NCBI GenBank assembly: GCA_026770705.1
Contig: JANJGN010000003.1
Coordinates: 115,382,001-115,446,000 of the forward strand
From: Isurus oxyrinchus
Taxonomy: Eukaryota
DNA length: 64,000 nt
Direction: 5' to 3'
In this document: piece by piece, positions 27,123 through 38,114 of the stretch
Layout: each line of letters starts with the position of its first letter
How positions within the stretch are numbered: the first letter of the stretch is position 1
Notes under the pieces: generated by a model
Database searches by the model: none
The model's input: the letters and a program-made list of their open reading frames with translations, nothing else
Told to the model about the DNA's origin: nothing
Translations under genes and position numbers: made by a program

Positions 27123-30007
27123 AGGCAACTTCTGTAGTTGCTGGCACTGGTGACAGTGTTTAACCATTTTTATTTTATATCACTGTCTACACCTAGCCAC
27201 CAGATATAGCTCCTTGCAAGCATTTTCATTTTGGAAATTCCAGGATATATGCTATGCAACTCAGTTAAGGGTGCCTCCCTTCCTTGTGAAGAAACATTGA
27301 CTTGTGCACCCCGTAACATGATATCATCCTGACTGCTCAATTCATTCGTTCGAGTGAAGGATGGCTTCAATTCTTTGGAGACTGGCTTCTGGGACCATCC
27401 TTTCAATACTTAGTCATGTACTCTAGACAAGACTGGATTGTGGTTCATCCAGTTTCTTATTTGACTCTTGAGGAGTTGGAGCATGTTCAATGCTCTCCTG
27501 CAAAGGAAGGTGACTCAAGGCATCTGTATTAGTTATATGCATCCTTGGTCTGTGCATAAAAGTATATTCATATGCTGATAAAATCAAAGCCCATCTTTGA
27601 ATTCTTGCAGAAGCTATAAGAGGGATAGCTTTTTCTTTGCTGAACAGACCCAAGAGTGGTTTGTGATCAGATACTATAGTAAAGTGTTGGCCAGGTGCAT
27701 TCTGATGGAATTTTTTAACTCCAAAAATAATCGATAATCCTTCTTTCTTCATTTGTGAATAACCCTTCTCTGGCATAGAGATGGTTCTGGATACAAAGTC
27801 TATTGACCTTTCTGAACCATCGTCCAACTTGTGAGATAATACCGCTCCCATGCCATTGGGGCATACGTCGCAAGTTAGCACCAATTCTTTTGTCGGTCGC
27901 TGTGTGCTATCAAGTTCAAAGAGTGCAAGACCTGTTTAACTTTCATGAAGGTTTCTTCTTGAGGTGATTTCCAAGACCAACATTGGTTTTTCTTTAATAA
28001 TGAGTGTAGAGGGGCTAGCACCATTGATAAGTCGGGTAGGAATTGACCATAGTAATCACCCATACCCAAGAATGACTTGAGTTTTGAGATATTTGTAGTT
28101 AAGGGTGCCTCCTTAATATCTTTAACTTTTTCTTCTACTGGGTGTAACCCTTGGGCATCCACCTGGTGGCCCAGGTAAAAGACTTCACTTGCCTGAAAGG
28201 TGCACTTTCCCTTTTTCAAGTGCACTCCTGTTTCCAAGAATTGTTTTAAGGCTCCTCCCAAGTTGCCAAGTGTTCCACTTCTGTTAACCTGGTTATTAGA
28301 ATGTCATCCAGGTAGACCATGACTTGAGGTAGTACTTGCAGCAAACTCTCCATCGTCCTCTGGAAAATCGCGCAGACTGAAGAAGTACCAAAAGGCAGGC
28401 ATGTATATTGATACAATCCTTTGTGTGTGTTTATGTTTACAAATCCTCTGGGTGTATCATCCAGTTCTACCTGCTGATATGCATAACTCATATCTAATTT
28501 AGCGTAAGTTCTTCTCCTGCTAATTTGCCATACAGATCCTCAATCCTGGGATAGGGAACTTGTCCAACTTGGCAGCCTTATTTACTGTTAACTTATAATC
28601 CCCACAAATGCAGATGGTCTGATCCAATTTCAAGACAGGGACTATGGGTGCTGCCCATTCCGAAAATTGAGCCAGCTGAATAAAACCCAGCTTCTCTAAA
28701 TGGTTTAATTCAGTGTAAACCTTCTCTCTCAGGGCATAAAGCATGGGCCTGGCTTTAAAAAATGAGGAGTTGCTTCAGAGTCAACATAGATCTTAACATG
28801 CAGACCCTTGACTTTCCCCAGTTTCTCTTGAAATAGATTGTCATATTTCTTTAGCAACTCTGGCAGTCCTCCAGCTCTCAGCAGGAAACTTTCAGACCAA
28901 TTTTTAATTTATTTTAGCTAATCATGACCTAGAAAGCTTGGTCCTTCACCTTCCACTACAATCACAGGGAGCTGTGCTGTCTGGTGCCTGTAATAAACAC
29001 TTTCACTTGTATGGCTTCACCAGTATACATTTTCAATTTGGCTGAAGTCTGCTCCATATTCAATTGTTGAGTACCCTTATTTAAATATTTAAATGTGTGC
29101 TCCCCCACTACAGTGGCTGATGAACTGGTATCCACTTCCATAATCAAAGGTTTTCCATTGACCTGCAGAGTAACAGTGATTGGCTGTTTTCACTACTTTC
29201 ACATTAAATAGAGAATAAACATCAGAAGTAGTGGTTTCTGGTGCCTTCACATTAGGTACTTCGATCAGTTTAGTTTGCTGCTTGGGAGCCTGTCTCAATC
29301 TTGCTTTACATTGTTTACATGTGCCCTCTTTTATGACAATAATGGCACTCCACCTCTTTAAAATGGCAGGTTTCATGAATATGGATACTTCCACATTGAT
29401 AACAATTCATTTTCAGATTTGCTGTTGAGCTGTTTCCTGTATATTTTTTAACATTTTCAGGTAGCAGGCACTGTCTCCCGCTTCGCAGCTGATTCCCTGG
29501 TTTTTGTGCCACACCCGGCCATCTCTTCCCGCCCCAATGGGAAAATTACTCCATTTTGTACACCCTGTAAGGCCTATGAATCCCATTTGGTGCTTTCCAT
29601 CGCAAACGCTATTTCCAATGCTCTTTTAAAATTGATATTCACTTCGGCTAATAACCATCGTGGAATGGCATCATCCTGCACACCACAGGCCAAACGATCC
29701 CTTAACATTTCATTTAGGGTCTCCCCGAAGTCACAATGTTCAGTTAGCTGTTTCAATGTATGTTGCTATGGTCTTCCCCGGGGCTCTTAATCTCAAATTA
29801 AATTTGAACCTCTGCATGATTATGGAGGGTTTGGGTTGAAAATGACCCTTTATGAAGTTTACTAATTCATTGAATGTCTTCGAATCGGGAGCATTCAGGG
29901 CCCTCAAACTATGGATTAAATTGTAAGTTTTACTCCCATAGATGCTTAGGAGAATTGTTTTCCTTTTTTAATCCACTATAGTTTTGTTTGCTTGGGAAAA
30001 AAGCAAG

Positions 30008-30860
30008 AGAACATAAGAAATAGGAACAGGAGTAGACCATTTGGCCCCTCGAGCCTGCTTCGCCATTCAATAAGATCATGGCTGATCTTCTTGTGTTTCA
30101 ATTTCCACATTCCCATCTAACCCCAATAACTTTTGATTCCCTTGCCTAACAAGAATCTATCTACCTCTGCCTTAAAAATATTCAATGACCCCACCTCCAC
30201 CACCTTCTAAGGCAGAGAGTTCCCAAGTCACACAACCCTCTGAGAGAAAAAAAATCTCCTCATCTCTGTCCTAAAAGGGTGAGCCCTAATTTTAAAACAG
30301 TGCCCCATAGTTCTGGAATTACCCACAAGAGGAAACACCTTTCGGTGTCCACCTTGTCAAGGCCATTCAGGATCTTGTATACTTCAATCAAATTACCCCT
30401 TACTCTTCTAAACTTGGAAACAAGCCCAATCTGTCCAAATCTTTCCTCATAAGACAACCCACTCATTCCAGGTATCAAAGTAGTAAACCTCCTTTGAACT
30501 GCCTCTAACGCATTTACATCCTTCCTTAAATAAGGAGACCAAAACTGCGCACAGTATTCAAGATGCAGCCTCACCAATGCCTGTGTAACTGAAGCATGAC
30601 ATCCTTACTTTTATGCTCAATCCCCCTTGTAATAAAGGATAGCACTCCTTTAGCCTTCTTAATTACTTGCTGTACCTGCATACTAACGTTTTGTGACTTA
30701 TGTACTAGAACACCTAAATCCCTCTGCATCTCAGAATTGTGCAGCCATTCTCCATGTAAGTAATACTCAGTTTTTTTGTTCTTCCTGCCAAAGTGAACGA
30801 CTCTACATTTTCCCACATTAAACTCCATTTGCCAGATCTTTGCCCACTCACTCAATCTAT
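30008..30860 (-). mobile_element. CR1 family B 3' fragment inserted in Gypsy gag
   Basis: RLHLEYCAQFWSP and WQMEFNVGKC motifs. The Gypsy gag resumes on both sides. Confidence 0.9.
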
Positions 30861-31344
30861 CAAGGCATTCTATATATTGACTCCAATCCCCTATGGATGA
30901 GCCAAAGGGGTTAATCCTGCCAAAAAGTGGCATATATTATCCCTTTCTTCTGTTGAAAACAGGATACTTGCATTCAGTGCGTGAGGGACAGCACCGGAAC
31001 CAATTTATCCTCGTTGCTGGTTGTTATACACTGGATTTTCCAGACAGGTTTTTCATAAGGAACAGTGAACTTTACTCACAGGGTTTCAGCAGCAGTTACA
31101 TGCTTCCATCAAGAACCACAACTGGACACAAACACCATCCCTAAGGTTCCCCATGCTTAGAGCTGATTCGTTCACACTGTCACATGATACTACACAGTAC
31201 AATAAGTCTTAAAACTACAGTCATTACATTCCTTAAAGCTACAGATGCTACATTCCTTAGAGTTATAGTTACTACTATAAAAGCTACTACTACTACTAAA
31301 GCTACAGTGACTACATTCCTTAAAGCTACAGTTACTGCAAGAAG

Positions 31345-31736
31345 TTAGGACTGTTTTCCTTGGAGAAAAGAGGTATTCAAAATCATGAGGGGTCTGGACA
31401 GAGTAGATAGGGAGAAATTGTTCCCACTCATGAAAGGATCTAGAACAAGAAGGTCCAGAATTAAAGTAATTAGTAAAAGAAGCAAAAGTAATATGAGGAA
31501 AAACTTTTTCATGCAATAGGTGGCTGCAGTCTGGAATGCACTGCCTGACAATCTGGTGCAGGCAGGTTCAATCAAAGCATTCAACAGGGAATTAGACTGT
31601 TATCTGAAAAGGAAGAATGTCAGGGTTATGGGGAGAAGCCAGGGATGAAGGCACTAGGTTCGTTTGGAGAGCCAAAGTGCAGACACAATGAGCCAAATGG
31701 CCTCCTTCTGCACTGTAACAATTCAGTTATTCTGTG
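31345..31736 (+). mobile_element. CR1 3' end fragment
   Basis: Typical CR1 ORF2 C-terminal coding sequence and tail. Confidence 0.75.
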
Positions 31737-31779
31737 AACCTCCACACTCTGACTTTCTCAGCAACCTCCTAAATAGCAG

Positions 31780-32895
31780 GTGAGGTGAGAGTGACTGCGC
31801 TTGATATCAAGGCAGCGGCATTTGACCGAGTGTGGCACCAGGGAGCCCCAGCAAAATTAAAGTTAATGGGAATCAAGGCGAAAGTTTGCCACTGCTTGGA
31901 ATCATACCTAGCACAAAGGAAGATGGTTATGGCTGTTAGAGTTTGCTTACCTCAGTCCCAGGACATCGCTTTAGGTGTTCCTCAGCATAGTGTCCTAGGC
32001 CCAACTATCTTCTGCTGCTTCATCAATGACCTTCCTCCCTACAGATGTAGGGATCTTCACTGATGATTGCAGCATTCAGTACCATTTGCATCAATGTCTG
32101 GACAACATTTAGGCTTGGGCTGATAAGTGGCAAGTAATATTTGTGCCACATTAATGTCTGATAATGACAATCTCCAACAAGAGAGAATCTAACCACCTCC
32201 CCTTGACATTCAATAGCATTACCATCGCTGAACTCCCCACCTGGGGATATCTGGGGATTACCATTGATCAGAACCTTAACTGGACCAGCCATATAAAAAC
32301 TGTGTCTACAACCACACGTCAGAGGCAGGGAATTCTGAGGTGAGTAAATCACCTCCTGACTCCCCAAACCTGTCCATGGCACAAATTAGGAGTGTGATGG
32401 AATACTCTTCACTTGTCCGGGTGGGTGCACTTCCAACAACACTCAAGAAGCTCAACACCATCCAGGACAAAGCCCTTTTGATTGGCACCCCATCCGCCAC
32501 CTTCAACATTCACTCCTTCCACTGTCATGAAATAATGACAACAGTGTATACAAAGTACACCGCAGCAATTTTCCAAGCCTCCTCTGACATCACCTTCCAA
32601 ACTCAAGATATCTACAACCTAGATAAACAAGGACAGCAGACTGATGGGAACACCACTACCTGCAAGCTCCTTTCCAAGTCATACACCATCCTGACTTGGA
32701 ACTATATTGCCTTCACTCTTACTGGGTCAAAATCCTAGAACTCCCTCCCTAACAGCACTGTGGGTGTACCTACCCAACATGGACTGCAGCGGTTCAAGAA
32801 GGCAGCTCACCACCACCTTCTCGAGGGCAATCAGGGATGGGCAATAAATGCTGGCCTTGTCAGTGACACAGAGCCTATGAAAGAATTTAAAAAAC
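31780..32895 (+). mobile_element. CR1 family A RT/3' fragment
   Basis: LDIKAAAFDRVWH and GVPQHSVLGP motifs plus the family A tail. Confidence 0.88.
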
Positions 32896-35339
32896 ACTGC
32901 TCAGAACAACACACCATGTAGCTCCACTCATTCGTCTCTCTTCCGGCATCTCCTCATGTCCCCACCTGAGCAGCCAACAGTCACACTCACTCTCAGACTA
33001 TTGCCCTCTCACACCCACAGTTCACAGTCATCCTCCACAAATGAAGTCCTTCCCTCCTCTTCACACAAGCCATTTGTAATGCTTATAGGCGAGAGGCAGA
33101 GACCAGGTGAGGTGGGGATTGGTGTTGTTTCTCCTCTTGTCCCTCAATGGAGGTGCAAGTTGGAGCTGGAATAGCTGCACCACATGATGCTTTGAAGGCT
33201 GGCAGCAAGGAAGCTAAAAGTGAGTGAAGTGTTAGACAGATGAAGTGCCTTTCAAGAAGTTGGCAGTCATCTGTCAATCAGTGGTTGCACTCTTTGAGAG
33301 AAGAAGTGCTGTGAACAGCAATCTGTCACCTGGCCATAGCTGGAGCTCTTCAGTTTCACTGATCAAAGTCTTTGTAGCTTGTCAGGGTGACTGATGAAGC
33401 TCTTCCTACTGTGCACTCATTTCACTGACCCTGGCAAGTCGCAACAGCTTGGAAAACAGGTGCCCTGGCTCGGAAATCTAGAATTGAGGGTTAAAACACT
33501 TCCTAAAACTTGGCTCCTTAAGTATCTGCCCAAAAGGTCCAATATGTTCCCCACTCACATTTAATCCTACCCTGGTGAAACTTGGAAGTGGGTGACATGA
33601 TATCAGGATCCTGGCCCAACATCACAGTTAAGGGATTTGACTTCCTGCATGCATGCAAATCCACCTTCTGTTTTCTGGGAAATTGAAAATGGAACATTCT
33701 TACAAGTAACAGAAGCAGAACACACAAGTCTACAAGGCATGCTGAAATGTGCAGACGACCTGTTCTTAGGCATATAGAGGTTCCCCTTTACCCTCAGAGA
33801 ACCTACCCACACTCAAGCCATGCGTATGGCTTGAACGGAATGACCAGTGAGACAAGTTTCTTCTGATAATTCACCATTACATTGAATCACTGATAACTCC
33901 ACAGTACAAAACCCAAAATTTAAAACAAATTATTCCCAGTACCCGACAAAACCTACAAAAACACAGGCAAAACACCTCTTGTCCTGAAACCTTAAGAAAA
34001 AACCCTCAGACCAATATCACCAAGATATGACTGAAACAAGTCATAAGGCACCAGCAAAAAACACCAAGTTTTCACCCCAAACCTTCACAAAACCTTCAGA
34101 CCAATATCACTACAATTTGGCTGAAACATACAATCCCCAACATGGCTGGCCTGTCTGATGTTGACTGTAGACCTGGGTCAAGGTGACTAAATTTGACCCT
34201 CCTTCTTGGCTGCAGCCCAAAACCTTCAGGCCAGCATCACCATATGACATGACTGAAAACACTACAATCCCCAACATGCTGGTCTGTCCAATGGGAACTG
34301 TAGGTCCGCAAGCCAGGCTGACCCTTCCTGACCCTCCTTCTTGACTGCAGCTTATCTTTTTAAAAATCTATAGTTCCATAAATTTCGCAGTTTGAGGGGA
34401 TTTCGATCCTACATCTCTCCCCTTTAATATTTCTTTTATACCTTAAGTGAGATATTACTGCTGCTGAATCCTCTGCCGTGTTGGGGTATTGCAGGTCCCA
34501 GCTAAACCTTACAATTTTTAGAGGATCTATTCATTTAACTCCATCAACCCAAATCTCCCTTTAAATAACCCTTACAATTGCACCTGTTTTGCCTTGCATT
34601 TTAATTTACATGATAGTATAAGTAAATAGAACACCATAACTAACTGTATAATTGCTAATACATATGATACAATTCAAATCGAAGGGTGGGGGCTTTGATA
34701 TTAAAACCAATATCACACCAAGGTGGGGTAGTTATCTCCCTGATCTCATCTCTTGTTTTACTGTTCTGCTGGAGGGTATAATAATGTTTTTTGTGAAAGC
34801 TCCAGCTGTTTTACCAGCTTTGTTAAACGTTCAGGTAATGGCAGTATATCACAACCAAAACGAGATATTACTGCTCAGTCACATGACTTTTGCCAACCAT
34901 GGGTGACAGTAAATGTTTCCTCCCCTTAACTAAGTTACATACATACATATCTCAGCAGTTACCCATTTTACAACATCTCTTCTCTTTCTTTGCAGTTGCA
35001 TATAATCATATGGACATCTGTCTTTCTTACATCTACGTCTTCTCAAATCACACAGCAAATACAATACAATAATAAATTGCACAATAACAAAAAATGAGGA
35101 GCAATACAGATCTAGGGATGGATCTGAATACCTGTGCCAAAATATATCCCTGGTATCACTGACCTCTCTGGGGTGAAACAGCTTATCCATTGTAACTTAA
35201 ATGTGATCTCTGAATAATATCAGCTTAGATTGACACCCTTTCAGTATGACACTGCAGACCTGCAAATCACCTCACTCAATATCATCAAAATTACATCATG
35301 CATGGTCTTAAAAGATCCTCCAGCTCTCCCTTCATCTGT

Positions 35340-35500
35340 ATCCATCTTGTGGTTTCCCACTCAAGGTACTTGCAATTTCTATGCTTTTGCTCATCCTTCT
35401 TGTGGCTCCTCACTCAGGGTTCTTACAATATCTGTACCTTTGTTCACCCGTCTTGTGGTTTCCCACTCAGGGTTCTTGCAATTCCTGTGCTTTTCACATC
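35340..35500. repeat. Three imperfect tandem copies of a unit of about 53 bp
   Basis: TCTTGTGGTTTCCCACTCA(A/G)GG(T)TCTTGCAAT occurs three times. Confidence 0.8.
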
Positions 35501-37602
35501 TCAAAATTGTCCTAAATCCAAACAACAGTGTTGTTGGGCAGACAGATTTCTTGTAATATTTAATTTACTTCTTCTTCAAAAGAAACCCCCTTTTTATATC
35601 AGTAGAAACCAACTGGATGGTCAGTGTATGCCTTTTTGTTTTCCTAGAATCCCTTTGAATTTCAGATAACTTTCCCTCAAAATGTTTAGAGTGTGAACCC
35701 ATATGAATTATAATTAATTCATCAATTTCAATTTCTTGTGCCCAAACTTGCTGGTTTTGAAAAGTCTGACATTCATTGGTCAATGTGTTTACATCAGATT
35801 TCCCATACTCAAGCACTTTGTTTGGGAAATAACCAATGGCCTGAATGGGATAAGACCAAATTCCTCTTAGTTTTCCTTTTTTAGAAAAGAAAGTCTTTAG
35901 CTCATGACTATTTTGTCAAAGCTACTGCAGATCTTGTTACTTGCAATTTACCTGTAAGAAAAATACAAAAGATCCATTTTGCTCAGGGCAAAATGGGTTA
36001 ATTTGTCCAAACATATCTGACAATTGAGAAGCTTAAAAATTTCGAAATGCCCAATACAAATACATTTTGTAGAAACTGTTTCTACGTTTTGATTTCTTAA
36101 CGTTCCCCTCAGGCTGTATTTTAAATTATTCATCCAATTGTTTAAAATTCCAAGCTCTCTTTTTTATTTCTCCTACTTTATGCCATCTAAACTCAAGTTC
36201 CAATTAGCAGAATCTCCAATCTCAAAATTTTCCCTTTTCTAGGGACAAAATTCCCAAATCCTTAAACTTTGTAATGAGTTTTTAAAACCAATTCAAGTAG
36301 GATTAGCCATGATCGCTTCAAATATCCCAGATTCCAATCAACCCTACCAAACATTAACACTACCTTGTGCTCACATGTGTCAATTCATATCCGGATTAAA
36401 ATTCCCACATGTTTATCAAAATACCCTGGAATCATGATTCTGGCCAGTAATCATGACTCCAGGTTCCTACCGTGAAGATTTTACTTCATTCACTCCCTTT
36501 TAAGGAAGATATCACAATTCCTATTGTGAAATTTACTTTAACTCAAGAGTAGTAAAACTTGCTACTATAAAAATCTCAGTTTCAGGAGAAATTTTAAAAC
36601 ATACTCATCTGCGCAAAATTGTTATCACATTCATATTCTCTCCTTTTTGGAAGCATTCAGCTCTCTCTCTAAAATATTCCTTTAACTTTATCATTGGTTA
36701 ACAAACCAACGAACGTAGCGCATGTTTTACAAAGAAACAAAAGAAAATAAGTCCTGGGTTCCCAAGGTCTTCTTTCTTCAAGATGCCTTTTGAAACACCT
36801 GTAAGTAGGAACTCAAGAAAAAGGTCAATTTTCACAGTACAACATCCTAACTTCAGACAAAATTTAAACCTAACAGCAGCCTCACACAGCACGGGAGAGG
36901 ACCCACTTTATCTCTTTCTCTCTCAGTATAAAAAACACCTTTTTTTACAGTTCAATACTCATGTTATCATAACTTCTTTCTCAGTTACACCAGTTGTAAA
37001 AAAAATACAGCTTTTGAAACATATTAAACAACCAGTTGATTTAAAGCCACATACAGAAACAGACACCAGGGGTTAAGTGATACGGCCAGTGGCTTGCAAA
37101 CACACGGAGAAATCAAAGAGACAAAAGACCCAGTCTCTCTCTTTCTCTTTCTCTCTCACACACACAGACACACACTCAGCACAAAACAATAACACAATTG
37201 GATTTAACACTTACAATATTCACCCTGTGGCAGGCACTGAACACTGGAACACAGACGCACAAAATCAATAAAAAAACACAAACAGAAACTGAATCCACTT
37301 CTATACACACAAAGTTGCTTTAACTGTTCACACAGCATTTTAACTATACCGTGGGTCTATCAATTTAATTTCTTACTTTCCCCTGACCATTTTCCATGAC
37401 CCCGAAGTTTCTCTTATGTCTCAACCTTACCCAAACAACTGGACCATGATCTCACTGTTAAGAAGCACATCTCTTCTTATCTCAGCAGGGATCAGTACCT
37501 AAGATAAAAACAAAGAAAACTGCGGATGCTGGAAATCCAAAACAAAAACAGAATTACCTGGAAAAACTCAGCAGGTCTGGCAGCATCGGCGGAGAAGAAA
37601 AG

Positions 37603-37642
37603 AGTTGACGTTTTGAGTCCTCATGACCCTTCGACAGAACTT
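37603..37642 (-). ncRNA. Hammerhead ribozyme motif in 3' pLTR, GAAA mutated to AAAA
   Basis: Same as the copies at 40905 and 41921 except for the substitution at 37614. Confidence 0.65.
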
Positions 37643-38114
37643 GATTTCGAGTCCAAGAAAGAGTTGAAATATAAGCTGGTTTAAGGTGTGTGTGTGGGGG
37701 GCAGAGAGATAGAGAGAGAGAGAGGTGGTTGTGTGGACAAACAAGCAGTGATAGAAGCAGATCATCAAAAGATGTCAGCAACAATGGTACAATAGAACAC
37801 ATAGGTGTTAACGTTAAAGTTGGTGATATTATCTAAACGAATGTGCTAATTAAGAATGGATGGTAGGGCACTCAAGGTACAGCTCTAGTGGGGGTGGAGA
37901 GAGCATAAAAGATTTTAAAATATTTAAAAATAATGGAAATAGGTGGAAAAAGAAAAATCTATATAATTTATTGGGGAAAAAAAAAGGGGGGAAACAGAAA
38001 GGGGATGGGGATGGGGGAGGGAGATCACGACCTAAAGTTGTTGAATTCAATATTCAGACCGGAAGGCTATAAGGTGCCTAGTCGGAAGATGAGGTGTTGT
38101 TCCTCCAGTTTGCG

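Larger units (their letters stand above)
25735..31340 (-). mobile_element. Gypsy LTR retrotransposon (family G-A), near full-length, degenerate gag-pol
   Basis: Gag (LRDRLACG), zinc knuckles, protease (EVDTSS), RT (VYLDD), RNaseH (CDVCPNGMGAV), IN (VSDNN). 5' LTR about 31022-31340 with a tRNA-Ser-like PBS remnant. PPT and truncated 3' LTR near 25735-25820. Confidence 0.92.

Noticed and set aside
35340-35500. CRISPR-like repeat spacing
   Set aside because: The whole unit is repeated with no unique spacers, the context is eukaryotic, and there are no cas genes.
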